Source: Clostridia bacterium (lineage in GTDB: Bacteria > Bacillota > Clostridia > Oscillospirales > CAG-272). From it: a DNA stretch of 32,000 nt. The notes under the pieces are model-generated. The model did no database searches, was not told where the DNA came from, and saw only the letters and a list, made by a program, of their open reading frames with translations. Shown piece by piece: positions 1 through 9,583 of the stretch. The stretch is taken from positions 4,213 to 36,212 of the forward strand of contig JAFVQW010000053.1 in assembly GCA_017504605.1 (NCBI GenBank). Reading direction: 5' to 3'. Both the position numbers and the translations under genes were made by a program. Every line of letters begins with the position of its first letter. Position 1 is the stretch's first letter.

Positions 1-2543
1 GCTCCGCGATTTCCGAATTTGACGCCGAAAGCTCGCTTTCGCTCTACATAGACGGCGACACCGTCTCGTTTGAGATTTCGGGCTTCGGCGGCGACGGCAC
101 CGAGGGCACGCTTTCCACCGACGAGGCTATCTACACGGTTCTCGCAAACGCGCTCGGCATGACCTACGAGGACCTTACCGCTACGGTCTACGCCGTGCGT
201 GAGGCTATCGCTATTATTCCCACCGCCGACAAAATCGAGGCGGCACTCGGCAGCATATCTCTGCCCGCACTCTCCGCCGAGGCTCTCGCGGTGCTCGAGT
301 CGCTTACCGCCCTCTACTCGGGCGAGGCTCTCGTCGCTACCCCGAACGCCGACGGCAGCACCACCTACGAATTAAATATCGCGGCTCTTACCGAGCTTGC
401 GGGCATTCTTAACGGCAAGACCCTCGCAGAGGCTGTCGACACCCTCTACGGTGAGGGCACGGCGAGCACTGCTATTGACTTCGTTATTTCTATTCCCTCT
501 CTTACGGTTAAGGAGATTGCCGATTACGCAATCGCTCTTGCCGAGAGCTTCGGCATCGACGTTGACAGAACCTTCACGCTCGTTGAATTCATCGTTTACC
601 AAGCAACGGGTGCTAAGGTGAGCATCGAGGAGGAGCTCGCAAGCCGCTACGCCCTTACTCTTGGCGAGCTTATCTATGCGAGCACCGACGTCGAGCCCGA
701 GCTTAGCCTCGAGGACTTCGTCACTACCCTTGAGGCACAGCTTACCGCTATGGTTGACGAAATGGCAAAAGCCTCGGTTAACGAGATAATCAACTCGCTT
801 ATCAGCGGCCCCGAGATGGCTCCCGGCGAGATGTCGGACGCACTCGCCTCGCTCGCGAAAATCTCCGAGCAGGTATCTCTTCTCTTTACCGTCAGTGCCG
901 AGGGCACCGTCAGCGAACTCAGCGTGAAGCTCGGCGTTATCTCGGTCGCATACGACCTGACAAAGGCGGGATTTGAGGCGGACCTCGTAATCGACCTCGC
1001 GGCGGCCCTTCCCGAGCCCTCGCTCGAATATACAATTACCAATTCGACCACAACCGTCAGCATCAGGGGCACGGCCGACGAGTACGGCCTCAGCGCTCTT
1101 ACCCTCGAGCTCGACACGGTATCCGCGGGCCTTAAGGCACTCGAGCTTGATATTGCATACGGCGCGACGGGCCTTACCCTCGACGCCTCGACCTACACGA
1201 AAAAATTTATCGAAGGAACCGAGGAGCAGGCACGCGAGTTCGGCGTAAGCGCAAGCATTCTTCCCACCGAGAGCGACATTAGGTTTGCCGGTGAGGTTGT
1301 CTCGTACAGAGACATAGAGTCCGTCTCCCTCGGCTCTGTAATTCTCGTTCTTTCCGCTGCAGAGGCGAACCTCGAGGGCCTGCTTATGACCCTCAGAGCT
1401 AACGTCTTCGGCGCCGAGAGCCGCGAAATTGCAGCACTTGAGGTAGATTTTCTCGAGGGCACGACGGTTCTTCAGGGTATCCTTGAGCTCTACGGCTACG
1501 AGGGTGGCACGAAGAGCACGCTTGACACGGTACACTTCAATTTGTACTTTGACGGCGCCTCTGATCCCGAGGCCGGTAAGACCGTACGCATGAGCTTTGC
1601 CTCAAAGGGCTACGTCGGAACGCTTATCTTCACCGCTGCCGAGACCTCGCAGCTGTTGTTCCTCGTAAACGAAAACACCGAGTCCTTTGCAACCGTGCTC
1701 GAGCTTCAGCTCAACACCAACACCTTTATCGACGAGGAGAGCGAAGTGACCATTAACTACGCTACGCTCTACAGCTCCTGGTACGGCGAAACCGTTCTTT
1801 ATATGTACGCCGATAAGGATAGCTTAGGAGCAAAAGCGTTTGAGGCGCTTCTTCGACTTCCCGTTAAGGGCGAGGACGAGGCTCCCGTATGGACCGATCT
1901 TTTCGCGTTTTCTGTCTCGGTTGAAGAGAATATTCAGGTGTTGAATATGGAGCTTCCCATAGCAGAGCTCTATTTCCAGCAAGAGATAGCCGAGGACGGC
2001 GGTCGCTCCGCCTTCATTCAGCTTACGGACACTATCGCCGAAATCAGCTGCCATATATCCTTCAGCAACAACGCCGACTCGTTCTTCTTTAACGCGGCTA
2101 TGATAACCAATGGCGATAACTTCCTCTCGATTCTCACTCTGACGCTTGACCGTGAGAGCGGAAATTTCCTCGTCAACGTCAATGCTCCCACGGTTACCGA
2201 AGAGGAGGACGGCGGAAAATCCTGGAGCGAGAGCCCGCTCTTCCACCTTGAAGCCGTAAACGGCGAGAGTGATCTTCTCCTCTTTGTTCAGCTTTGGCAC
2301 GACGGCCGCGAGCTCCTTGATGCACAAATCAATATTTTTGCCGATGAGGACGGTCTTCACCTTCTCTATGGCGTTAACAAGCTTCTTCTCGGCTACACTG
2401 CGCAGATGAACGACGCCATCATTACTCCTGATGCAAGTGGAGGCGTGAACGGCTCCTCGACCTCTGTGCCTCGCTACGAGAGATACATCTTCAGCCGTGG
2501 CGAAATCATAATCTCTATCAAAAAGGCAGAGACTGCCGAATAA
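1..2543 (+). CDS. large acidic hypothetical protein, 5' end lies outside the window (at least 846 aa)
   Basis: The frame of ORF 159..2543 stays open back to nt 3 with no stop and the same GC3-rich codon usage, so M159 is probably internal. The protein is D/E/T/L-rich and I recognise no catalytic motif. It is followed by a lipoprotein gene and ABC transporter genes on the same strand. Confidence 0.7.
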   Translation, partial: SAISEFDAESSLSLYIDGDTVSFEISGFGGDGTEGTLSTDEAIYTVLANALGMTYEDLTATVYAVREAIAIIPTADKIEAALGSISLPALSAEALAVLESLTALYSGEALVATPNADGSTTYELNIAALTELAGILNGKTLAEAVDTLYGEGTASTAIDFVISIPSLTVKEIADYAIALAESFGIDVDRTFTLVEFIVYQATGAKVSIEEELASRYALTLGELIYASTDVEPELSLEDFVTTLEAQLTAMVDEMAKASVNEIINSLISGPEMAPGEMSDALASLAKISEQVSLLFTVSAEGTVSELSVKLGVISVAYDLTKAGFEADLVIDLAAALPEPSLEYTITNSTTTVSIRGTADEYGLSALTLELDTVSAGLKALELDIAYGATGLTLDASTYTKKFIEGTEEQAREFGVSASILPTESDIRFAGEVVSYRDIESVSLGSVILVLSAAEANLEGLLMTLRANVFGAESREIAALEVDFLEGTTVLQGILELYGYEGGTKSTLDTVHFNLYFDGASDPEAGKTVRMSFASKGYVGTLIFTAAETSQLLFLVNENTESFATVLELQLNTNTFIDEESEVTINYATLYSSWYGETVLYMYADKDSLGAKAFEALLRLPVKGEDEAPVWTDLFAFSVSVEENIQVLNMELPIAELYFQQEIAEDGGRSAFIQLTDTIAEISCHISFSNNADSFFFNAAMITNGDNFLSILTLTLDRESGNFLVNVNAPTVTEEEDGGKSWSESPLFHLEAVNGESDLLLFVQLWHDGRELLDAQINIFADEDGLHLLYGVNKLLLGYTAQMNDAIITPDASGGVNGSSTSVPRYERYIFSRGEIIISIKKAETAE

Positions 2544-2579
2544 ATTTCCCGCGGGGATACCCGCAAAAAACTTAACCCT

Positions 2580-2613
2580 GCGAAAGCCGATTGTTAACTC
2601 AGTCGGCTTTCGC
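2580..2613 (+). other. 11-bp-stem hairpin between the large ORF and the lipoprotein gene (weak terminator, attenuator or processing site)
   Basis: GCGAAAGCCGA-N12-TCGGCTTTCGC, followed only by a poor U tract (cgaatttta). Confidence 0.35.
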
Positions 2614-2639
2614 CGAATTTTAGGAAAGGAGGGCTCGTT

Positions 2640-3863
2640 ATGAGGGCGAGAGCCTATTTACTCCGTATAACGGCGTTAATTCTTCTTTTATGCATATGCC
2701 TCGCGTCCTGCTCGGAAAAGGACGGCGGGTGGGAGCTCTCCTTCTCGGAGGCGGGGCCCTACTCGGCCGCGACGGCGGCCCGCGCTACCGACACTGTATA
2801 TTCCCTTCTCCTTCACTACGCGAGGGGCTCCTCGGTGCAAAGCCTGCCCGAGGCAACGCTGATTAGCCTCAGGGCCCGTGCGGACGGTATATACGCCGCC
2901 GTGGCCGAGCGCCCGACCGACGAGCGGGCGTTTTTACGGATAATCGATGCGCTTGACGCGCTCGGCGAGGCGGCTATCGACGAGCTTTTAGCCCACAGAG
3001 CGGGCGAGGGCGGGAGCCTTGATACGCTCCGCTCTCTTTATTACACTCTCTCGTCCGAGGTTGGCTCGGACTATATCGGCGGGCTGATTTATCGGCTCGG
3101 CCTCTACTCCTACGACTATAACTATGACAAAAAGCTCGCAGACTACGGGAAATACGGTTACGCCTACCTTCTCGAGGATGCGAATAAAATAGATGAGGAA
3201 AGAGCTGTATTCAAAAACGAAATAGGCGAGGATAGTTTTATCCTCACCGTACGCCTCGGGCTTATACTTGCCGAGGCGGCGAGCGGCGGCAGCCTCGGCG
3301 CCGAGGCGCTTCAGAGCTTCTCCGAGGCCGAGATTGCCACCTTCGTCCACGCGCTCTCACCCCGCCCCCTCACGCTCTCGGACAAGGCCTGGGAACTCGT
3401 GCTCTCGCTTATTCTGCCAAAGGACGCCCCGAGCGAGGACGCACGGCTCTCGGCGAAGCTCCTTTACGAATTCGGTATATCCCCCGACAGGGAGCGCCTC
3501 GCGGGAGAGCTTAATTCCCTCGTCTCCCTTATCTCGGATATAGCCGAGGGCTTCACCGAGGAGAGCGCCTCGCTCCTTCGCGAGGGTGAGCGGCGTGAGC
3601 TTTTCTTTAGACTTATAGCCTCTCAGGACGAGGCTTGGCGCTGCCGCTTCGAGGAGCTTTTCGGCTCGCTTCGCGAGGGCGAGCGCTACACGGCTATTGC
3701 CGAGGCCGACCTCGGCGAGGAATTTAACGACTATCGGGACAGCGTTACCGTATATACGGCAGAGGAGCTCTTCCTCTCTGTGAGTGCCGACGAATTTTAT
3801 GAAAGGCTTGAGGGCTATATAGCAGGCATCTCGCCCGCTATCTCCTTCGTTTTCTTCAAATGA
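2640..3863 (+). CDS. putative lipoprotein, function unknown
   Basis: N-terminal signal peptide MRARAYLLRITALILLLCICLASC with lipobox L-A-S-C. GGAGGG RBS 6-7 nt upstream. The stop overlaps the next ATG (ATGA at 3860-3863). Confidence 0.75.
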   Translation: MRARAYLLRITALILLLCICLASCSEKDGGWELSFSEAGPYSAATAARATDTVYSLLLHYARGSSVQSLPEATLISLRARADGIYAAVAERPTDERAFLRIIDALDALGEAAIDELLAHRAGEGGSLDTLRSLYYTLSSEVGSDYIGGLIYRLGLYSYDYNYDKKLADYGKYGYAYLLEDANKIDEERAVFKNEIGEDSFILTVRLGLILAEAASGGSLGAEALQSFSEAEIATFVHALSPRPLTLSDKAWELVLSLILPKDAPSEDARLSAKLLYEFGISPDRERLAGELNSLVSLISDIAEGFTEESASLLREGERRELFFRLIASQDEAWRCRFEELFGSLREGERYTAIAEADLGEEFNDYRDSVTVYTAEELFLSVSADEFYERLEGYIAGISPAISFVFFK

Positions 3864-4513
3864 TTAAGGCTACGAATATTCAAAAAAGCTATAACGGTGA
3901 GGCGGTGCTCCACGGCGTGTCGCTCAGCGTTGCCAAGGGAGAGTTCCTCTCGATAATGGGCGAGAGCGGAAGCGGTAAGAGCACCCTGCTCTCCATTATC
4001 GGCGGCCACCTTGCCGCCGACGGCGGCGAGGTGCTCCTTTCGGGCGAGCCGCTCTTTGAGATGACCGAGGCAGCTCTTGCACGCCTGCGCTCTACACGCA
4101 TCGGCTTTGTCTTTCAGTCCTTTAAGCTTATACCTACTCTAAATGTAAAGGATAATTTACTTTTACCCGCCACCCTCGGCGGCAGGGCGGGAGCCGAGAC
4201 CGAGGCTTACGTCCTCGCACTCGCGAGGGAGCTTAAGGTTGACGGCCTCTATAACAAATACCCGAGTGAGCTCTCGGGCGGGCAGTGTCAGCGCGTGGCT
4301 ATTCTTCGCGCTCTTGCCTACCGACCCGAGCTCTTAATCCTCGACGAGCCCACGGGTGCGCTCGACTCGGCCTCGGAGCGTGCGGTTATGGAAATGCTCC
4401 GCCGCATAAACCGCGAGTGCGGAACGACTGTAATACAGGTTACCCACAGCCCCGCCGTTGCGGCCTTTGGCAGTCGAACGGTTCACCTTAAGGACGGAGT
4501 GCTCGTCGAATGA
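3860..4513 (+). CDS. ABC transporter ATP-binding protein (MacB/LolD/FtsE-like)
   Basis: Walker A GESGSGKST, ABC signature LSGGQCQRV, Walker B LLILDEPT, H-loop VTHS. ATGA start/stop overlaps on both sides. Confidence 0.93.
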   Translation: MIKATNIQKSYNGEAVLHGVSLSVAKGEFLSIMGESGSGKSTLLSIIGGHLAADGGEVLLSGEPLFEMTEAALARLRSTRIGFVFQSFKLIPTLNVKDNLLLPATLGGRAGAETEAYVLALARELKVDGLYNKYPSELSGGQCQRVAILRALAYRPELLILDEPTGALDSASERAVMEMLRRINRECGTTVIQVTHSPAVAAFGSRTVHLKDGVLVE

Positions 4514-6816
4514 GACTTTTACTTAAAAATATGCTCGGGGTGATAAGACGGCGGCCCTCGCAGCCTATCCTTCTCATTCTGACGCTTATACTCTCAATAA
4601 CAATATCGGTATTCTCGCTCTCCGTGCGCGAGGCGCTCGGTAGTGAAAACGAGCTACGACAGAGTGCAAAATACGGCGAGGCCGATTTTACCGTCACTAT
4701 ACCCTCGGGGGCCGACTCGCGCTTTATGTTTGCCGACTCGGTCGAACAAATCCTCGCGGGCGAGGCCGTTGCCGTCGGCAGCTACGAGCTGCCCGTGCTT
4801 CTTGGCGAGGGGCAAGGGAGTGTCTTCGCCGCGGCGGCCGACCTTACCGATTTATCGGAAATATTTTCGCTTCGCTTTAGCGAATACACGCCCCCCACCG
4901 TCAGCGCCGTCGGCGAGGCCGCCTTCATATCCCGCGCCCTCGCGCGGAGTGAGGGCATAGCTCTCGGCGATGAAATCAGCCTTCGGGCCTTCGGCGAGGA
5001 GGGGCGCTACACGGTATACGGCATCTCCGAGGCACGGTTTTTTGACAGCACCGATATTCTCGTCGATATATCGGGTGTCGTTCGTATGATGACGAGCGGC
5101 TCGCCGCTTATCTCGGCGCTCGGCGACGGCTTTAAGCCCTCGGGCACCGTCTACGTCAAAACCGTCGGCGACAGGAGTGCCGAGGAGTGCATCGCGGCGC
5201 TTCGTATGAGTGAGGAGCTTTCGGATAAGAGCTTCACCGCGGTCAAGGGCGCCGAGGAAAGTGCCGCGAACACGCGGGCTCTCTCAACCGTCGTTGATAT
5301 TTTTATATTCCTCTCGGCCGTTCTCGGCGGCGCCGTAATTATCTGCTCTCTTTTCGTGCTCTCGCTCGAGCGGCGCGAGGGGAACGCAATACTCGCCGCG
5401 GCGGGTGTCGAGCACCGCGTGATAAATCTTTTGCTTCTTCTTGAGATTTCGGCGTATTGGCTAATTGCCATCGCTCCCGCGGCTCTGCTCTCGCTCCCAT
5501 TATGTAAGCTTTTCTTTACCTACGCGGGCTTCGAGTACGCGAGCTTCTCCCTTAATTTCGGCTCGCTTGCCCTCGGCGCGCTCTATATTCTCCTCTCGGC
5601 ACTGATAAGCCTTTTTATCTTCCTTCTTTCCTTTGGGGAAAGAAAAAAGCAGACCAAAGCGAAAACGGCACTGCCGATTTTTCTCTCGCTCGGCCTCTTC
5701 TGTGCCTTCACCGTCGGCACCTTTACGCTCGCCTACCGTGCGCGCTTTATTTTCTCGGTCCTCGCGGTAGCCGTTTCGCTTCTTCTCGTCTTTCTTTTAT
5801 CCCCGCGCCTGTTGCTGCTTTTCGCGGCGCTTGCCGAGCGGTGGGAAAAGAGACGGAGCGGGCGAGCTCCGAGGCTCTATGCCGCAAAGAACCTAAGACG
5901 GCTTAAAATTCTTCACAACACCGCGAGCCTCACGGCGCTTTTAACCTCGGTTGTTCTGACCGCGCTTTTCGTCATAACGGGAGCCTCTCGCTCGGTCGAG
6001 ACGGCGCGGAGCCTCTTTTCTGCCGACTACGGAATTCTTAACGCGAGCGAGGTCTCCGAGGAGCGCATCGAGAGCGCGGAGGGGGTTGAGAGAACCTTTG
6101 ACGCCTATCTCGGGAGCACCGTCGCCGACGGACTTTCCCTTCCCGTCATATCGGTAGAGGACGAAGCGGCACTCTCGGGGCACTTCGATATAAACGGCCT
6201 GCCCGAGGGGGCGGGAGCCGTCATCTCGCGCGGCGCGGCGCGTATGCTCTCGCTTCGGACCGGAGACAGCTTCACCGTCACGCTCGACGGCGCCCCGCTC
6301 GAGCTCGTCCTCTCGGATATTGCCGACACGGGCTTCACCTTTATTCTTATTGATGCCTCGCATTTTGGGCTTCGGCCGAATATGCTCCTTGTCGCGGGCG
6401 AGGCGGGGGTGGGTGACGGAGAGCTTCTCGACTCGCTCACTCGGAGCACGGCGCTCGAGCTCGTCTCGGTCGTCTCGGTCGAGGATATGCTGAAGTCAAA
6501 AACCCGCTCGCTCGAGGTCTACCTCGGCACGGCGGGAATATTCCTCATATTTATACTCGTCTTCTCGCTTATCGGTATACTTAATAACCTCATCGAAAGC
6601 TATCTTGCAAGGCGGGAGGAGCTCTCGCTCTTCACGGTATGCGGTATGACACGGAGCGAGGTGAGGAAAATGAAGGCGCGGGAGATACTCGCAACGCTCC
6701 TCACGGGGCTTCTTCTCGGCCTTATCTCCCTTCCGATTATCGCCATTATTTTAAACGAGGGCCTCTACTCCTACGCTATGGAGGCGCTTACGGGCTTTTT
6801 CGGTTTACTTAGATAA
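4510..6816 (+). CDS. ABC transporter permease, duplicated FtsX/MacB-type (768 aa)
   Basis: Two repeats of an N-terminal TM, a large extracytoplasmic domain and a 3-TM FtsX-like bundle. Translationally coupled (ATGA) to the ATPase. Confidence 0.88.
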   Translation: MRLLLKNMLGVIRRRPSQPILLILTLILSITISVFSLSVREALGSENELRQSAKYGEADFTVTIPSGADSRFMFADSVEQILAGEAVAVGSYELPVLLGEGQGSVFAAAADLTDLSEIFSLRFSEYTPPTVSAVGEAAFISRALARSEGIALGDEISLRAFGEEGRYTVYGISEARFFDSTDILVDISGVVRMMTSGSPLISALGDGFKPSGTVYVKTVGDRSAEECIAALRMSEELSDKSFTAVKGAEESAANTRALSTVVDIFIFLSAVLGGAVIICSLFVLSLERREGNAILAAAGVEHRVINLLLLLEISAYWLIAIAPAALLSLPLCKLFFTYAGFEYASFSLNFGSLALGALYILLSALISLFIFLLSFGERKKQTKAKTALPIFLSLGLFCAFTVGTFTLAYRARFIFSVLAVAVSLLLVFLLSPRLLLLFAALAERWEKRRSGRAPRLYAAKNLRRLKILHNTASLTALLTSVVLTALFVITGASRSVETARSLFSADYGILNASEVSEERIESAEGVERTFDAYLGSTVADGLSLPVISVEDEAALSGHFDINGLPEGAGAVISRGAARMLSLRTGDSFTVTLDGAPLELVLSDIADTGFTFILIDASHFGLRPNMLLVAGEAGVGDGELLDSLTRSTALELVSVVSVEDMLKSKTRSLEVYLGTAGIFLIFILVFSLIGILNNLIESYLARREELSLFTVCGMTRSEVRKMKAREILATLLTGLLLGLISLPIIAIILNEGLYSYAMEALTGFFGLLR

Positions 6817-6822
6817 ATCCTA

Positions 6823-6851
6823 TTGACCTCATAAAATAAGTTTGATATAAT
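6823..6851 (+). promoter_or_regulatory. sigma-A-type promoter upstream of glnA
   Basis: TTGACC (6823-6828), 17-nt spacer, TATAAT (6846-6851). GGAGG RBS lies before the ATG at 6881. Confidence 0.6.
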
Positions 6852-6880
6852 ATTAAAAAAAGGACACGGAGGAAAAAATC

Positions 6881-8305
6881 ATGTCAAAAAATCTACAGGA
6901 TATTCTCGCGATTATCAAGGAAAATGGAATAAAAATGGTCGACTTTAAGATGGTCGACGTTAACGGTCAGTTTAGACACGTAACCATTCCCGCGGAAAAT
7001 CTCTCGGAGGACACGCTTAGGAGCGGCATCGGCTTCGACGCGTCGAACTACGGCTACGCCGTGGTCGAGAAGAGCGATATGGTCTTTATCCCCGACCTTG
7101 ATACCGCGCTTATTGACCCCTTCTGCGATATTCCCACCCTCTCTATGACGGGTAACGCTATGATTATCGACAGTCCGACGAACCGCCCCCTCGCGCAGTA
7201 TCCGAGAAATATCGTTCTCGCCGCCGAGGAGTATATGAGGCAGAGCGGAATTGCCGACACGATGCTCATTCTCCCCGAGTTTGAGTTCTATCTTTTCGAC
7301 AACGTCGGCTGGGAGGTTGCTCCGAACAGTGTCGGCGTATCTCTCGATGCCGAGCAGTCCTATTGGAACTCTGCCGTAGAGGGCCGCGGCGTTATCGTGC
7401 CGAAGCAGAAGGCCTACCATATTGCGAAGCCCTTCGACAGAGCCTATGAGGCGAGGAGCGAGATGTGCCTTCATATGAAGGAGGCGGGCATCGAAATCAA
7501 CTATCACCACCCCGAGGTTGCGGCATCGGGGCAGTTCGAGATTGAGCCGGCGCTCGGCGAGATGTCGAAAATGGCCGATGCTACGATGATGATAAAATAC
7601 ATCATTCACAACACCGCTCTTAAGTACGGCAAGAGCGCTACCTTTATGCCGAAGCCCATATACGGTGAGGCAGGCAGCGGTATGCACGTGCATATGCTGC
7701 TTTTGAAAAGCGGCGAGCCGGTCTTCTCCGACGATGCGGGCTACGCGCACCTCAGCGAGACGGCCCACTACTTTATGGGCGGTCTTCTTAAGCATATTGC
7801 CTCTCTTTGCGCTATAACCAATCCGAGCACCAACTCCTTTAAGCGCCTTGTGCCCGGCTTCGAGGCTCCCGTGACCGTCGGCTACGCGACCTCTAACAGG
7901 AGCGCGGTTATCCGTATCCCCGCATACGCCAAGTCGCCCGACAAGCGCCGCTTCGAGCTTCGCAACCCCGATGCGACCTGTAACCCCTACTTCTGCTACG
8001 CCGCTATTCTTATGGCCGGCCTTGACGGTGTTAAAAACAAGATTGACCCGAAGGCTAACGGCTGGGGCCCCTACGATATGAACCTCTACCACCTCTCCGA
8101 CGAGGAGAAGGCGAAGCTCTCGCATCTTCCCACCTCTCTCGACGAGGCCCTCGATGCACTCGAGCGCGACAACGACTACCTCACCGCGGGCGGAGTATTC
8201 CCGAAGGAGCTTCTCACAAGCTTTATCGCACGTAAGCGCGCCGAGTGTCGCGAGCTTGCGGCTATCCCTCACCCCGCCGAGTTTGATAAATATTATAATC
8301 TTTGA
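6881..8305 (+). CDS. glnA: glutamine synthetase, type I
   Basis: 474 aa. The N-terminal beta-grasp segment (VDFKMVDVNGQFRHVTIP) and catalytic-domain motifs (GSGMHVHMLL, NPSTNSFKRLVPGFEAP, NRSAVIRIP) are typical of GlnA. Confidence 0.95.
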   Translation: MSKNLQDILAIIKENGIKMVDFKMVDVNGQFRHVTIPAENLSEDTLRSGIGFDASNYGYAVVEKSDMVFIPDLDTALIDPFCDIPTLSMTGNAMIIDSPTNRPLAQYPRNIVLAAEEYMRQSGIADTMLILPEFEFYLFDNVGWEVAPNSVGVSLDAEQSYWNSAVEGRGVIVPKQKAYHIAKPFDRAYEARSEMCLHMKEAGIEINYHHPEVAASGQFEIEPALGEMSKMADATMMIKYIIHNTALKYGKSATFMPKPIYGEAGSGMHVHMLLLKSGEPVFSDDAGYAHLSETAHYFMGGLLKHIASLCAITNPSTNSFKRLVPGFEAPVTVGYATSNRSAVIRIPAYAKSPDKRRFELRNPDATCNPYFCYAAILMAGLDGVKNKIDPKANGWGPYDMNLYHLSDEEKAKLSHLPTSLDEALDALERDNDYLTAGGVFPKELLTSFIARKRAECRELAAIPHPAEFDKYYNL

Positions 8306-8313
8306 TTTTGCCG

Positions 8314-8342
8314 TTGACAAAGCAATTTTTTTGTGCTAAACT
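8314..8342 (+). promoter_or_regulatory. sigma-A-type promoter with extended -10
   Basis: TTGACA (8314-8319), N17, TGc-TAAACT (-10 at 8337-8342). Confidence 0.55.
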
Positions 8343-8373
8343 TTAAGAAAAAAGACAAGGCGGAGTGTCAAAA

Positions 8374-9507
8374 ATGAAAAACCTTATAACCGATTACAAT
8401 TTGACGGTAAGCGAACCTACCCTCACGAATTTCAAGCGCGAGGAGAATATAGTCCAGGACGGCACTATCCCTATGTGCCGCGATACCGAGGGCACGCTCT
8501 GGGCGATTTCGGGACATACGAACGTCGGACGCGTTTCGATGTTCAAGGGTACTAATATAGACGATATGCAGGAGGCGTGGGAGATTAAGCTCAACTTCTG
8601 CGTAGGTCACGCAGACTACTCCTACGACGGTGTACGCTACCCCGAGGGAATTAAGTCGGTCGGAAGCATGTGGCCCTTCGGTCTCTACATCTGCCCCGGC
8701 ACTAACCGCTTCTTCTGCTTCTTCCACAACGAATCTGCCTGGAACGGCAAGGGTACGGGCTACGATGCCTACGGCATTTGCGCCGACGATAAGCCGAGAA
8801 ACGACAGTGACTTCCGCCATATCGGCCTTATGCACTCCGACGACTGCGGTAAGAACTGGACCTTCGACCGCTGGGTGCTTACGGGCGAGCGCCCCGCCTG
8901 CACCGAGGCTTTTAACGCGGGTGCCGGCAACGTCCGTGGACAGAAAATGGAGGAGATTCACCTCGGCAGCGGCGACTTCTCCCTCTTTATCGACCCGAAG
9001 AGCGAGTATATGTATCTCTTCTACGATATAATCCGCCAGAATGCCGTGACGGAGGAGTGGCTCTCCATTGACGTCTACGTCGCAAGAGCGCGTAAGAGAG
9101 ACGACGGCATTATGACCGACTTCGTTAAGTATTACGACGGCTCGTTCTCCGAGCCCGGCAACCTTGGCCGCGAAACCATAATACTTCCCAACGCATGGCA
9201 TCCGAGAGTTGTTTACTCCGAAGAGCTCGGCGCGTACATTATGTCCTACACGGGAGTTATCCCCGGCGCGGTTGATTCCCTTCTCGATGATAATATGCAC
9301 CTTCGCACCTCGACCGACCTTATCAACTGGAGCGAGCCCATCACCGTTGAGAAGGACGGCACGCCCATCGAAAACAAGTATTTCGCAATTCTCTCGAACG
9401 AAACCGACGCTCAGCCCTATCACCTTAAGGGCAATAAGTTCTCCGTTCTCTCGAATACACACTGTCGTACCTCGGTTCATCACACTGCAACCTTCACCAA
9501 GAAGTAA
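8374..9507 (+). CDS. hypothetical BNR/Asp-box beta-propeller protein (sialidase or glycoside-hydrolase-like fold)
   Basis: Asp-box S-x-D-x-G-x-x-W in HSDDCGKNW and a degenerate second box TSTDLINW. ATG 8374 is preferred over the ORF-track GTG 8365 because AAGGCGGAG lies 8 nt upstream of 8374. Confidence 0.7.
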   Translation: MKNLITDYNLTVSEPTLTNFKREENIVQDGTIPMCRDTEGTLWAISGHTNVGRVSMFKGTNIDDMQEAWEIKLNFCVGHADYSYDGVRYPEGIKSVGSMWPFGLYICPGTNRFFCFFHNESAWNGKGTGYDAYGICADDKPRNDSDFRHIGLMHSDDCGKNWTFDRWVLTGERPACTEAFNAGAGNVRGQKMEEIHLGSGDFSLFIDPKSEYMYLFYDIIRQNAVTEEWLSIDVYVARARKRDDGIMTDFVKYYDGSFSEPGNLGRETIILPNAWHPRVVYSEELGAYIMSYTGVIPGAVDSLLDDNMHLRTSTDLINWSEPITVEKDGTPIENKYFAILSNETDAQPYHLKGNKFSVLSNTHCRTSVHHTATFTKK

Positions 9508-9519
9508 TACGGCAAAAAT

Positions 9520-9576
9520 AAAAAAGGACTGTTCGGCACTACCGCGGCATAGCGGGTGTCGAACAGTCTTTTTTTC
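9520..9576. terminator. bidirectional intrinsic terminator between convergent genes
   Basis: A-run, GGACTGTTCG (9526-9535) ... CGAACAGTC (9560-9568), T-run (9569-9575). Confidence 0.75.
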
Positions 9577-9583
9577 ACTTGTA

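Noticed and set aside
372-1535. 387-aa minus-strand ORF (plus 674..1117 and 1193..1462) inside the large acidic protein gene
   Set aside because: These are antisense shadow ORFs of a GC3-rich gene. Their arginine/alanine-rich composition is typical of such artefacts.
6893-8320. 475-aa ORF on the minus strand spanning the whole of glnA
   Set aside because: It is exactly antisense to an unmistakable glutamine synthetase. High GC3 removes stops from the opposite frame. The peptide is R/G/V/A-rich and low in complexity, with no RBS.
8368-9483. 371-aa minus-strand ORF opposite the BNR-propeller gene
   Set aside because: Shadow ORF. The plus-strand frame carries an Asp-box, a promoter and an RBS, and the minus frame has none of these.
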